Counted from the stretch's first letter, positions 25,434-35,285 are shown. The stretch: 36,653 nt of DNA from Saprospiraceae bacterium (GCA_019634125.1 JAHQVX010000039.1:1-36653); one strand, 5' to 3'. The notes: generated from the letters alone by a model not told the origin. Made by a program: numbers and translations.

Positions 25434-27713
25434 ATGTCGAAAATGCGTTGGACAACCATTAGTTTTTTACTTTTTTTGATGGCTTGTAAAACTTACACGA
25501 ACACTTCAAATGTAAATAGGGAGCAACCTATGAGTACTATAGATAAAAAAATTGATGCGCTATTAGCGAAAATGACGTTGACGGAGAAGGTCGGCCAAAT
25601 GATTCAGTATAATGGATTTTATGATGCCACAGGGCCTCAACCTCGCGGTGGTGATGCTGCACGGAAATACGAGCATTTACGCTCGGGCAAAGTTGGATCC
25701 ATGTTAAATGTTCGTGGAGTAGACCAAGTAAGGGCGGTACAAGAAATTGCGGTGGAGGAGACCCGATTGGGAATTCCGCTCATCATCGGCTTTGATGTGA
25801 TACACGGTTACGAAACGCAGTCGCCTATTCCATTAGCGGAGGCGGCTAGTTGGGATTTAGACGCCATTGAGAACAGTGCGAAGGTAGCCGCTGCCGAGGC
25901 AGCGGCTGCAGGAATCAACTGGACATTCGCACCCATGGTCGACATTACCCGCGATGCACGCTGGGGCCGCGTCATGGAAGGTGCCGGTGAAGACCCTTAC
26001 TACGGAAGTCTCGTAGCTGCTGCACGTGTCAAAGGCTTTCAAGGCGATGACCTCGCACAACCCAATACCATTGCAGCTTGTGCCAAACACTTCGCAGGCT
26101 ATGGCTGGTCAGAATCAGGGCGAGAATACAACACCGTAGATGTCGGTACAAGCACTTTGTACAACATGATCTTACCGCCTTTCAAAGCCGCCAAAGATGC
26201 TGGTGTGAAAACCTTTATGAATTCCTTTAACGACTTAAACGGTATTCCTGCAACAGGGGATGAATTTCTCCTTAGAGATATCTTGAAAGGTGCCTGGAAA
26301 TTCGATGGCTTCGTAGTCAGTGATTGGGATTCTATCGGTGAAATGTACGAACATGGCTATGCCGCCAACGATGCCGAAGCTGCCATGTTTGCCGCCAACG
26401 CTGGCTGCGATATGGACATGGAATCTTACACGTATGTAGAGCACCTTGAAAATCTAGTCAATGAAGGAAAAGTCAATGAAGCACACATCGATGAAGCCGT
26501 TCGACGAATTCTTCGAGTGAAATTTGAATTAGGCTTGTTCGATGATCCATATAAGTATTGTTCCAAAGAACGCGAACAAACGATTATCGGACATGAGTCT
26601 CATCATGAAGCAGTGCTCGATTTAGCAAAAAAATCTATCGTTCTCCTGAAGAATGAACGGAGCTTACTTCCTCTAAAGGACAATGATAGCTACCTTGTTA
26701 TCGGGCAATTAGCAGAAGACAAAACAAGTCCGCTGGGTAGCTGGCGATTAGCCGCTAAAGACAACACTGCTGTTTCTGTACTGGAAGGCATTGAAAACGT
26801 TTCCGGTAAGCCTGCTCTATTTAAGAAAGGCGTGCAACTGACCACAGACAAAGCCACCTTTGTGTACCCAGTGCCTATTAATACAACCGATCGGAAAGAT
26901 TTTGCCGAAGCGATTAAAGCAGCCAAAAACGTCGATAAAGTAGTTATGGTGCTCGGAGAACATGGCTTCCAAAGTGGAGAGTCTAGAAGTAGAACCCGAA
27001 TCGGATTGCCTGGCCTTCAACAAGAGTTACTAGAAGAGATTTACAAAGTCAATAAAAACATCATCCTCGTTCTCATGAATGGGCGACCACTTACCATCGA
27101 TTGGGCTGCAGAACATGTGCCTTCGATTTTAGAGACTTGGCACCTAGGAAGTCAAAGCGGAAATGCTATTGCAGAAGTGCTTTTCGGAAAGTACAACCCA
27201 TCCGGAAAGTTACCGATGAGCTTCCCACGCCATGTTGGACAAGTGCCGATTTATTACAACCAGAAACGAACAGGCCGACCTGATCAGAAGGATGGAAATG
27301 TATTCTTCTCCCATTACAGCGATGAAGAAAATACGGCGTTGTACCCGTTTGGACACGGTCTGAGCTATACCTGGTTTGAATATAGAAACCTTCGGGTAGA
27401 AGTTTTGGGTAAAACGGAAGTAAAAGTTACAGTCGACTTGCAGAATATGGGCGGACTTGACGGTGAAGAAGTCGCGCAATTGTATATCCGTGATGTAGCA
27501 GCATCAGTTATTCGTCCGAAGAAAGAATTGAAGGGCTTTCAAAAAGTATTTTTGAAAGCTGGGGAAGCCAAAAAACTCGAATTTACACTCACTGAAAATG
27601 AGCTGGGTTTCTTCGATAATCGAGGCAATTTCAAAGTAGAGCCGGGCGAATTCCATCTAAAAGTTGGGGGTAGCTCAGAGAACGGAATTTGGAGCGGTTT
27701 TCATTTAGATTAA
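25434..27713 (+). CDS. bglX: GH3 beta-glucosidase (BglX-like), probable lipoprotein
   Basis: DVIHG, RDARWGR, CAKHF, VVSDW nucleophile and a C-terminal FN3-like domain; LMAC lipobox-like signal. Confidence 0.92.
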   Translation: MSKMRWTTISFLLFLMACKTYTNTSNVNREQPMSTIDKKIDALLAKMTLTEKVGQMIQYNGFYDATGPQPRGGDAARKYEHLRSGKVGSMLNVRGVDQVRAVQEIAVEETRLGIPLIIGFDVIHGYETQSPIPLAEAASWDLDAIENSAKVAAAEAAAAGINWTFAPMVDITRDARWGRVMEGAGEDPYYGSLVAAARVKGFQGDDLAQPNTIAACAKHFAGYGWSESGREYNTVDVGTSTLYNMILPPFKAAKDAGVKTFMNSFNDLNGIPATGDEFLLRDILKGAWKFDGFVVSDWDSIGEMYEHGYAANDAEAAMFAANAGCDMDMESYTYVEHLENLVNEGKVNEAHIDEAVRRILRVKFELGLFDDPYKYCSKEREQTIIGHESHHEAVLDLAKKSIVLLKNERSLLPLKDNDSYLVIGQLAEDKTSPLGSWRLAAKDNTAVSVLEGIENVSGKPALFKKGVQLTTDKATFVYPVPINTTDRKDFAEAIKAAKNVDKVVMVLGEHGFQSGESRSRTRIGLPGLQQELLEEIYKVNKNIILVLMNGRPLTIDWAAEHVPSILETWHLGSQSGNAIAEVLFGKYNPSGKLPMSFPRHVGQVPIYYNQKRTGRPDQKDGNVFFSHYSDEENTALYPFGHGLSYTWFEYRNLRVEVLGKTEVKVTVDLQNMGGLDGEEVAQLYIRDVAASVIRPKKELKGFQKVFLKAGEAKKLEFTLTENELGFFDNRGNFKVEPGEFHLKVGGSSENGIWSGFHLD

Positions 27714-28079
27714 CTCGTCTTTTTTGTACAAATCAATACCTAATTGAACCATATCGCGGATTTGTTCTTCCAGCCCTTCATCGAGGTTTTTGATATGGAA
27801 ACAACTTTTTCCTTTCAAACACTTTCGAAGTTCTGGACTAATGTGTTCGAATTCCGAAGCATGTGTGTAAATCGGGAAGAAGTATAAACGTACATCTTTG
27901 GGTTTTGGGACAATACTTGCGAAGTAATACCCGTCTACCTTTTGTTTGCCTTGCATGCCCGGTTTTGTTCCAGCTACTTCCAGGCCTTTTTCACCTTCCT
28001 TTTTGACTTGGAGTAGCGGTGTGTGGGCTTTTAAAATGGAGGCCAATTCAGTGTAAATTGCTGTTACTTTTTCGTCCAT
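27705..28079 (-). CDS. DUF1801/YdhG-like protein
   Basis: YFASI...VRLYFFPIY...LKGKSCFHIK; the start at MDEKV (28079) avoids overlap with the divergent gene. Confidence 0.7.
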   Translation of the reverse strand: MDEKVTAIYTELASILKAHTPLLQVKKEGEKGLEVAGTKPGMQGKQKVDGYYFASIVPKPKDVRLYFFPIYTHASEFEHISPELRKCLKGKSCFHIKNLDEGLEEQIRDMVQLGIDLYKKDELI

Positions 28080-28124
28080 GACTGATTTTTCAACGAATTT
28101 AAGCCTTACTTTGTAATTGTATCC

Positions 28125-28760
28125 ATGAGACAACTCCCTGCATTTCCATTAAGTATTATAGCCTTCCCTGGAGAGGAAGTTAATCTACACATCTTTGAAC
28201 CGCGTTACCGCCAGTTGGTTCAGGATTTGGAGGAAAATGGAAATACCTTTGCTCTGGTGCCCATACTTAAAGATGAAGTCGTTTCTCATGCTACAGAGAT
28301 GACCTTGATCCGAGTGGAAAAGAAGTATGAAGATGGTAAGAGTGATATTGTAACGAAGGCAGTGGGCTTGCTCAGTGTGGAAGACCTCACCAAAACATTT
28401 CCAGACAAACTATATCCAGGAGCACAAGTGTTGAACTTGCCCTGGGATGAGGAAGCGGATATTGGACTGAATCAGCAATTAATTCCTCTGTTAGAGGAAT
28501 TATATCGATTGTTAGCAGTGGAGAATGTACCTGTAGAATCGGAACTGGCGTTTCGAACGTATCAAGTGGCGCATAAAGTGGGCTTTTCGATGAAGCAAGA
28601 GTTGGAATTTCTTAAAATCTCAGCTGAAGATGAACGGCAACAGTATTTATTATCTCATTTAGAACAGTTTTTGCCACGAGTGCGGCAAATGGTAGATCTT
28701 AAAAACAAAGCGGAGCTCAATGGCCATTTTAAGCATATTAAGCCGAGTGATTTGCCTTAA
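28125..28760 (+). CDS. Stand-alone Lon protease N-terminal (substrate-binding) domain protein
   Basis: LPAFPLSIIAFPGEEVNLHIFEPRYRQLV signature; no AAA+ or protease domain. Confidence 0.9.
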   Translation: MRQLPAFPLSIIAFPGEEVNLHIFEPRYRQLVQDLEENGNTFALVPILKDEVVSHATEMTLIRVEKKYEDGKSDIVTKAVGLLSVEDLTKTFPDKLYPGAQVLNLPWDEEADIGLNQQLIPLLEELYRLLAVENVPVESELAFRTYQVAHKVGFSMKQELEFLKISAEDERQQYLLSHLEQFLPRVRQMVDLKNKAELNGHFKHIKPSDLP

Positions 28761-29260
28761 TCTATACGTGTGTACAACCCGTCAAATGCCGTAGTCCAGG
28801 TGGCTCCTTCATCAGTAGTTGTTTGCCATAGTTGACGAACAGAACCATCTTCATTGGGTGTCCAAGTAACTTTGTGAATTACAGTATTTCCTTGTGCATC
28901 CTTAGCTGGATCGGTTTTGAGGACCATCTTTCCATCTTCCATATTGCCTTTAAGATGAAGACTGCCTCCTTGATTATCTACCCAAAGTTGTACCCATTGT
29001 TGTTTAGCTGCATCGTAGTGGTTATAACTGGTTCCTGTATATGGTGGATTAGCCGATGTCCAACGTTCCACCATTAAACAATTCCCTTGATCTAAGGTAA
29101 TACTGTTACTGCCAGCTGGTTGGCCGTTCTGGCTGACTTCCCATTCACCTACCCAGAAGTGAAACGCTTTATAGTTTTCCGTAGAACAAGGTGTATTTTT
29201 TGATTGACTATGGGTAAGCATTGAAGCCAAGCAAAAACAGAGGAATAATATGATTTTCAT
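28757..29260 (-). CDS. Exported beta-barrel hypothetical protein (DUF1579-like)
   Basis: Signal peptide followed by FHFWVGEWEV, WVQLWVDNQG and VRQLWQTTTDEGATW...FDGLY. Confidence 0.65.
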   Translation of the reverse strand: MKIILFLCFCLASMLTHSQSKNTPCSTENYKAFHFWVGEWEVSQNGQPAGSNSITLDQGNCLMVERWTSANPPYTGTSYNHYDAAKQQWVQLWVDNQGGSLHLKGNMEDGKMVLKTDPAKDAQGNTVIHKVTWTPNEDGSVRQLWQTTTDEGATWTTAFDGLYTRID

Positions 29261-29307
29261 TATAGAAGTTTCCATCAATAACTCTAAAGCTCTAGTGGTT
29301 GTTACGA

Positions 29308-30870
29308 TCAGTTCCCCTCGATTATAAACTTGGGTTCTTTTCTGTGTAGAGTAGCTTGCTCGTAACCATAAGCCATTTCAATCAATTTACCTTCTTGCCA
29401 TTGGTCGCCAAAGAATGAAATTCCAACAGGTAAGTCACCGATAAAGCCCATAGGGACGGTAATGTTCGGATAGCCCGTAATCGCCGCCGGGGAAGAAGAG
29501 CCCAAGGAATAGTTGTCGCCATTTTCATAGTCAGTAGGCCAAGCAGGGGCACCCGTAGGGGCGATAATCGCATCTAAATTATTGTCCTTAAGCACTCGAT
29601 CTAATCCATTTACGCGCGCTTGTAGTTGAATGGTAGCTTGATCGGCTTTATACTTCTCCGAGTTAGTATTGGGATGCTCTAGGGCCTGTTCTAAGTATTC
29701 TTGTTTGTAAAACGTCATTTCTGCTGAATCCGTCAGGTTATACGCAATTACATCTTCCAATGAATTGATGGAATCTATGTTGGCAAAGGTTTGGAAGTAA
29801 TCATTTAAACCCACTTCATACTCTGCTAGCATGATGTTAAATGAAGCGGAATAGACTTCAGGTTCGAAGATTTTTTCGATGGGAATGATCTCTGCTCCTT
29901 GGGCTTTCAACTCATCAATAGCATTTAACAATAAGCTATCTACTTCGGAATTAATCCCTTGGCTTTCTTGCCACCATCCAATGCGTTTGCCTTCTAAGCC
30001 TGTTTTATTTAAAAAGGCACTGTAATCTGTTTCTACTCCTCGATTCACCTTCGTTTTTAGGTCTTTCGGGTCTTCCGCGGTTAATGCTGATAATAAAATG
30101 ACGGCATCTTCAAGTGTTTTGGCCATAGGTCCAGCTGTATCTTGAGAATAGGAGATTGGAATAATGCCTGTTCTGCTTACCAATCCTACGGTGGGTTTAA
30201 TCCCTACGATACCGTTGGCGTGTGATGGACAAACAATAGAGCCATTGGTTTCTGTGCCGATGGCAATTGGTGCGAGGTTGGCCGATACTGCTGCCCCTGA
30301 ACCAGAACTGGATCCACACGGGTTATTGGCCAAGATGTATGGGTTTTTGGTTTGGCCACCAACAGCACTCCAACCGCTCACCGATTGTTGTCCGCGAAAA
30401 TTAGCCCATTCGCTTAGATTCGTTTTTCCCAGAATGACCGCACCTGCTTTTCGAAGTTCAGCAGCAATGAAACTGTCTTGGTTGGTAAAGCTGTTTTTGA
30501 GGGCATTCGATCCTGCAGTTGTGGGCATATTGTCTTTGGTGGCAATGTTGTCTTTGAGTAGAATGGGAATACCATGTAAGGGGCCACGAACTTTACCTGC
30601 TTTTAATTCGGCATCGAGTTCCTTTGCGATGGCCAATGCGTCGGGATTCGTGATTATGACTGCATTCAAAGTAGGTCCAGCGTCGTCGAGTTGGGCAATG
30701 CGGTCGAGGTAAGCTTGAACGACATCTTGGATGCGATAGGTATTATCGGCGTATGCTTGCTGGAGGCTGGCTACGGTAGTGGCTTCCGTAATTTGAACTT
30801 CTTGGTAAGTATGGGTTTTGCATTGAGTGAGCAGCAAGCCAGCAGTGAGTAGAAGAAAGAGCTGTTTCAT
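29308..30870 (-). CDS. Amidase signature family enzyme, lipoprotein
   Basis: LLKDN (Lys), GSSSGS and GTETNGSI (Ser-cisSer-Lys triad); LLTQC lipobox; start at MKQLF because the upstream ATG lies in the terminator. Confidence 0.93.
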   Translation of the reverse strand: MKQLFLLLTAGLLLTQCKTHTYQEVQITEATTVASLQQAYADNTYRIQDVVQAYLDRIAQLDDAGPTLNAVIITNPDALAIAKELDAELKAGKVRGPLHGIPILLKDNIATKDNMPTTAGSNALKNSFTNQDSFIAAELRKAGAVILGKTNLSEWANFRGQQSVSGWSAVGGQTKNPYILANNPCGSSSGSGAAVSANLAPIAIGTETNGSIVCPSHANGIVGIKPTVGLVSRTGIIPISYSQDTAGPMAKTLEDAVILLSALTAEDPKDLKTKVNRGVETDYSAFLNKTGLEGKRIGWWQESQGINSEVDSLLLNAIDELKAQGAEIIPIEKIFEPEVYSASFNIMLAEYEVGLNDYFQTFANIDSINSLEDVIAYNLTDSAEMTFYKQEYLEQALEHPNTNSEKYKADQATIQLQARVNGLDRVLKDNNLDAIIAPTGAPAWPTDYENGDNYSLGSSSPAAITGYPNITVPMGFIGDLPVGISFFGDQWQEGKLIEMAYGYEQATLHRKEPKFIIEGN

Positions 30871-30893
30871 GAGTAAGATTTGTTTAAAAATAC

Positions 30894-30924
30894 AAAAGCC
30901 CATCCCGGCAAAGCCGGGATGGGC
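30894..30924 (-). terminator. Rho-independent terminator after the OmpA/MotB gene
   Basis: 12-bp stem GCCCATCCCGGC-aaa-GCCGGGATGGGC with a flanking AAAA (U tract on the minus strand). Confidence 0.85.
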
Positions 30925-30945
30925 CATTCCTACTAAAAAATACTA

Positions 30946-31875
30946 TTATTCAGGAAGCTTATTCGGATCTAACAGCTCGTAAAACTCATCGATCTTCGGT
31001 AAAATAATGATTCGAGTTCTACGATTAATTGATCTACCCGTAGCCGTATCATTACTCGCTAATGCATTGTGCTCGCCTCTTCCCGCAGCTATCAACCGGT
31101 TCGGATCAACTCCAAAGGTGGTTTGTAACGCCCGAACCACCGAAGTAGAACGTAGCACACTTAAGTCCCAGTTGTCCTTAATGCCCGCTCTGGATATCGG
31201 CTGATTGTCGGTATAGCCCTCTACCATAACCTCTAAATTTGGTCTACTCTGCACAATGGTGGCAATTTTTCCTAACACTTCATTGGCGCGAGGCGTTAAT
31301 GTATAACTGCCGGAAGTAAATAACATCTTATCGCTCAAATTCACAAAAACCACGGTTTTATCTACACGAACATCAATGTCTTTATCTTCAATGCCTTCTT
31401 TCAACACCTGCTTCAAGTTTGCCGATAAGGCCAGATTAATAGAGTCTGCACGAGTTCTCGCCGCCTGCAATAAATAAATGTATTTGTCTTTCTGCTCTAA
31501 CTGCGACAAGGTTTGATTGATGTTGTCCGAGGCTGATTTCGATAGTGTGGTAAGATCTTCAACCCGCTGCACTTGAACATCACGTTGTTGCTTGGCGTCT
31601 GTGATTTGGTCTTTTAAGTCGGTGATTTGCTCTTCACGTAACTCTAAAGCCGTTTCCGCATTCGATTTCGCTGCCCGAAGCCGATCTAGCTCCGACTCAA
31701 GGATACCCAGTCGTTCTTGATAATCCCCAATGGCTGCGATTTGCTCATCGAGTAATTGGTTTTTTCGCGCCATTTCTGACTGACTTTGAGCCACTAGCGC
31801 ATCATATTCTTTCTTGCTCACACAACCCGCTAATAACAGGCCGATAAATACCACAAGCAATAGTTTGTTTCCCAT
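30946..31875 (-). CDS. OmpA/MotB-domain lipoprotein with a coiled coil
   Basis: LLAGC lipobox, heptad-rich middle, and VEGYTDN, NWDLSVLRS, NRRTRI peptidoglycan-binding motifs. Confidence 0.92.
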   Translation of the reverse strand: MGNKLLLVVFIGLLLAGCVSKKEYDALVAQSQSEMARKNQLLDEQIAAIGDYQERLGILESELDRLRAAKSNAETALELREEQITDLKDQITDAKQQRDVQVQRVEDLTTLSKSASDNINQTLSQLEQKDKYIYLLQAARTRADSINLALSANLKQVLKEGIEDKDIDVRVDKTVVFVNLSDKMLFTSGSYTLTPRANEVLGKIATIVQSRPNLEVMVEGYTDNQPISRAGIKDNWDLSVLRSTSVVRALQTTFGVDPNRLIAAGRGEHNALASNDTATGRSINRRTRIIILPKIDEFYELLDPNKLPE

Positions 31876-31951
31876 GGGTTGATTGTTTTGCGTTTAAAAT
31901 TAGAGAAAACACCGCACAGAAAATGATGTGTTATTAACACCGAAGAGTTGC

Positions 31952-32566
31952 CTAGACCTGTGTACGCAACTTGTCTTTAATGGTGTTCGCAATGATGCGA
32001 ATAGCCACGCTATTATTCCCGCCTTCAGGCACGATAATGTCGGCATAGCGTTTTGTCGGCTCAATGAATTGGAGGTGCATAGGCCTCAAGGTATCTTCGT
32101 AGCGACAAAGGATTTCTTCGATGTCTCGGCCACGTTCTTTTAAGTCTCTACGAATTCTTCGAATAAGTCGCTCATCGTCAGGTGTATCTACAAAAACTTT
32201 CACATCGCAGAGATCTCTCAACTCCTTCAATGTGAAAATTAAAATGCCTTCTACAATGGTTACTTTTTTGGCTTCTGTGAATCTAGTTTCAGGCAGTCGA
32301 TTATGTTCTTGGTAACTATAGGTGGGCTGAGCGATGTTTCGCCCTTCTTTCAACTCTAACAAGTGCTGACATAAGAGGCTGAAATCAATAGAATCGGGAT
32401 GATCGTAATTGATGGCATTCCGCTGTTCCATGGTTAAATGACTGTTGTCCTTGTAGTAGCTATCCTGAGAAAGCAAAGCTACTTGGTCTTCATTGAATAA
32501 ATCAATGATTTTCTCTACGACTGTGGTCTTTCCAGATCCCGTTCCACCTGCGATACCGATAATCAC
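31952..32566 (-). CDS. udk: Uridine kinase
   Basis: GIAGGTGSGKTT, QDSYY, NYDHP and FIEPTKRYAD; GTG start overlaps the upstream TGA. Confidence 0.96.
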   Translation of the reverse strand: MIIGIAGGTGSGKTTVVEKIIDLFNEDQVALLSQDSYYKDNSHLTMEQRNAINYDHPDSIDFSLLCQHLLELKEGRNIAQPTYSYQEHNRLPETRFTEAKKVTIVEGILIFTLKELRDLCDVKVFVDTPDDERLIRRIRRDLKERGRDIEEILCRYEDTLRPMHLQFIEPTKRYADIIVPEGGNNSVAIRIIANTIKDKLRTQV

Positions 32567-32985
32567 GACTCTATTTTTTTATAGCGAAGAATGACTTTGC
32601 CAATCTGATTTTTTAACAGTAATACATCTTCATGTAAGATTCGAAATTGAACGGCATTTGATAGATTAATGAAGTAATTGCGTTCGTCTTCATCGTATTG
32701 ATCACAGAACATTTCTGTTTTGATGAAGGTATTGATTTCGAAAGAGTAGTTCTTCAGTAGAAGATCCGCAGAGTAGGAATTGCAGCCTGTTTCTCCAGAT
32801 ACATTTTCTAGATTGTCTGCAATAAGCAGGGTCGGGGAAAATGCTTCTTTTTCATCCAGGATCCACTTCGTATTTCGGAGTTCTTGTGCCTCTTCTTCAG
32901 CAGTTTCAAAACCGCCAACCCCAAAGCAAGATTGTAGCGAAAAACACGTGGATAATAATAAGCAAACGTAGAGTAAAGCCTTCAT
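32563..32985 (-). CDS. META/HslJ domain lipoprotein
   Basis: LQSC lipobox, SGETGCNSY and TEMFC motifs. Confidence 0.85.
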   Translation of the reverse strand: MKALLYVCLLLSTCFSLQSCFGVGGFETAEEEAQELRNTKWILDEKEAFSPTLLIADNLENVSGETGCNSYSADLLLKNYSFEINTFIKTEMFCDQYDEDERNYFINLSNAVQFRILHEDVLLLKNQIGKVILRYKKIES

Positions 32986-33033
32986 AGTAACGAGCCTAAA
33001 AATGCCAATTCTTCGCCTATTTTGCAAATCTTC

Positions 33034-33744
33034 TTACAACATCAAATCTTGAATCATGAAAATGGCAACGAAAAAGTATTGAAAGAGCATGCCCACGAAA
33101 AGGAGGCAGAGATAGGCCAGAAACATACCTACGAAAGCTTTGAAACCATTCACTTGAAAAATTTTCGCGTAGAGATAGGTGGCTACGATAAACGTGATAA
33201 GTACAAAGGCGAGAATGAGCATGGGCGCACCAATGAAAAAGGTGAGGGCCGAAAGTATAGCGCTCAGCCAATTGGTGGTGCCGAATATGAATGAATTAAT
33301 AGCCAAATTCTCTGCATAGTTATAGCCAACCTTTGAAAACAAAGTCAAGGTCGCTAACGACATGATTGGCAGAGCGATAAGCATCACAAAATTCTGATAC
33401 GTTAAGTAGATTTTTTGTGCGCGACCTAAGTATTTAGACAGTTCTAACCCATTTTCATATTGTTGTTCTTGTTCTTGAAGTTGTTGAAATTGAGCTTGTG
33501 TAAAGTTTTTAAAGGATTGATGGTTCGATAAGAACAAGGTATTTAGTGCAATGGCGAACAAAATATATCGGAAGGGATTAAAAACGCGCTTTCGATCCTT
33601 GTATAGATAGGTTTGCACCAACTCAAAAGGCTTTTTAAATATGCTCAAGAAAGTGAAAACTAAGCCCCTTTCGAGGTTGAAGATTTCTAAGATCTCGCCA
33701 ATAATTCGTTTAGTGGTTATCCGTTCTGGGGCTTGGTTCTCCAT
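33034..33744 (-). CDS. DUF3667-like membrane protein
   Basis: FNLERGLVFT...KP...YL...RKRVFNPFRY and YNYAENL; several transmembrane segments. Confidence 0.75.
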   Translation of the reverse strand: MENQAPERITTKRIIGEILEIFNLERGLVFTFLSIFKKPFELVQTYLYKDRKRVFNPFRYILFAIALNTLFLSNHQSFKNFTQAQFQQLQEQEQQYENGLELSKYLGRAQKIYLTYQNFVMLIALPIMSLATLTLFSKVGYNYAENLAINSFIFGTTNWLSAILSALTFFIGAPMLILAFVLITFIVATYLYAKIFQVNGFKAFVGMFLAYLCLLFVGMLFQYFFVAIFMIQDLML

Positions 33745-33797
33745 GGATGTAAGATAGAAAAAATCAAAATTCTAGATAGTTTGATTAGTTTTAGTTT

Positions 33798-35192
33798 ATG
33801 AGTATTGTGGAATCCCCCGTAAGTAAGGTCGAAGAAATATTTCATAAGCAGGCTGCGTTTTTCCATACTGGAAAAACGAAAGACATTGCATTTCGGAAGC
33901 AAAGCTTGAAGCAGTTATTTCAGGTGCTTAAAGCCAATGAGTCCATGCTGAATGCCGCCATTTATGAAGATTTTAAGAAAGGGGAATTCGAGACCTATGT
34001 CACGGAGATCGGCTTGATATACAAAGAGCTAAAGTATTTCATGAAGCACGTTGAGCGTTGGGCACTGCCTTCGGCAGTGCCAACTAACCTGGCCAATATG
34101 CCCGGGAAGAGTTGGATTAGCCCAGAGCCCTTTGGGACCAGTCTCATCATCGGGGCGTGGAATTACCCTTACGAACTCACTTTAGGGCCGTTAATTCCTG
34201 CTATCGCAGCGGGCAATACCGCTGTCCTCAAACCGTCAGAACTCGCCCCGAATGCTTCGGCAGCCATGGCAGAGGTCATTAACAAGCACTTCGATCCACA
34301 ACATATTGCTGTGCAAGAAGGCGCTGTAGCAGAAGCACAAGCATTACTCAACCAGCCCTTCGATAAAATCTTCTTTACCGGCAGCACGCAAGTTGGGAAA
34401 ATTGTGATGAAGGCAGCGGCCGAACACCTCAGCCATGTTACGCTAGAACTCGGCGGAAAAAGCCCTTGCTTTGTATTGCCCGATGCGAATATTACCTTGG
34501 CAGCAAAGCGCATTGTATGGGGGAAATTCTTGAATGCCGGCCAAACCTGTATTGCCCCGGATTATTTGTTGGTGCACGAGTCTGTGAAAGCCAAGTTGGT
34601 GACGGCGTTAAAAACCGAAATTCAAGCACTTCATGGCGACAATCCTGAGGAAAGCGAGGCGTTGATTCGAATAATTAACGACCGACATTTTCAAAGACTC
34701 CACCAGCTCATCGATCCAGAAAAAGTCATCTTCGGTGGACAAACAAATCCGAGTACACGCTACATCGCCCCAACATTGATGGATCATGTTACTTGGGATG
34801 ATGCCATCATGCAAGAGGAAATTTTCGGTCCCATTTTACCGATTCTTACCTATTCTGATTTGAGTAATGCTAAGCAGGCAGTGCGGAAATTATCCAAACC
34901 ATTAGCCTTTTATGTGTTCTCTAGGAGTGCTCGAACGGCCAAGGAATTAACGCAGGATATGTCTTTTGGCGGCTGTACGATAAACGATACGCTCATGCAC
35001 TTTACCAATCCAGCGCTTCCATTCGGCGGAGTGGGTGCGAGCGGTATGGGCAGCTACCACGGAAAAGCAGGCTTTGCCTGCTTTTCAAACTATAAAAGCA
35101 TCTTAAAAAAGGCCACTTGGTTCGAACCCTTTATGCGCTATGCGCCCTACACCCCCTTCAAAAAGAAATTGATGAAATGGGCGCTGGAATAA
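33798..35192 (+). CDS. Aldehyde dehydrogenase (ALDH3 / fatty aldehyde type)
   Basis: GAWNYP, FTGS, LELGGKSP, NAGQTCIAPDY, EEIFGP and PFGGVG motifs. Confidence 0.95.
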   Translation: MSIVESPVSKVEEIFHKQAAFFHTGKTKDIAFRKQSLKQLFQVLKANESMLNAAIYEDFKKGEFETYVTEIGLIYKELKYFMKHVERWALPSAVPTNLANMPGKSWISPEPFGTSLIIGAWNYPYELTLGPLIPAIAAGNTAVLKPSELAPNASAAMAEVINKHFDPQHIAVQEGAVAEAQALLNQPFDKIFFTGSTQVGKIVMKAAAEHLSHVTLELGGKSPCFVLPDANITLAAKRIVWGKFLNAGQTCIAPDYLLVHESVKAKLVTALKTEIQALHGDNPEESEALIRIINDRHFQRLHQLIDPEKVIFGGQTNPSTRYIAPTLMDHVTWDDAIMQEEIFGPILPILTYSDLSNAKQAVRKLSKPLAFYVFSRSARTAKELTQDMSFGGCTINDTLMHFTNPALPFGGVGASGMGSYHGKAGFACFSNYKSILKKATWFEPFMRYAPYTPFKKKLMKWALE

Positions 35193-35285
35193 AGCTTAAC
35201 GTATCCTTAATTATTTCTTTGAGATAAGCTAACATAGGACAGTTAAATTTAAAAATATATTCGTTCACTTTTTAAATCAGACAAC

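Noticed and set aside
25886-25907. 10-bp inverted repeat inside bglX
   Set aside because: It encodes AAAEAAAA; runs of GCN codons are self-complementary by nature, so the protein explains it.
22088-27713. PL7 and GH3 as a polysaccharide utilisation locus
   Set aside because: No SusC/SusD pair or sensor-regulator; the genes are divergent, separated by osmC, and act on different substrates.
30164-30712. 182-aa + strand ORF opposite the amidase
   Set aside because: Antisense shadow of the conserved amidase signature region with no independent features.
30946-31875. MotB similarity suggesting flagellar motility
   Set aside because: No MotA or flagellar genes nearby, and it has a lipobox instead of the MotB transmembrane Asp helix; it is an OmpA-like peptidoglycan-binding lipoprotein.
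33022-33294. 90-aa highly charged ORF on the + strand
   Set aside because: It is the antisense shadow of the hydrophobic DUF3667-like gene; reverse complements of Phe/Leu/Val codons give Lys/Glu/Asn-rich text, and the start is TTG.
33748-33775. TGTAAG upstream of the aldehyde dehydrogenase as another ECF promoter
   Set aside because: The -10 match is poor at 16-nt spacing, and the hexamer is explained as the reverse complement of the -7 element of the divergent gene.
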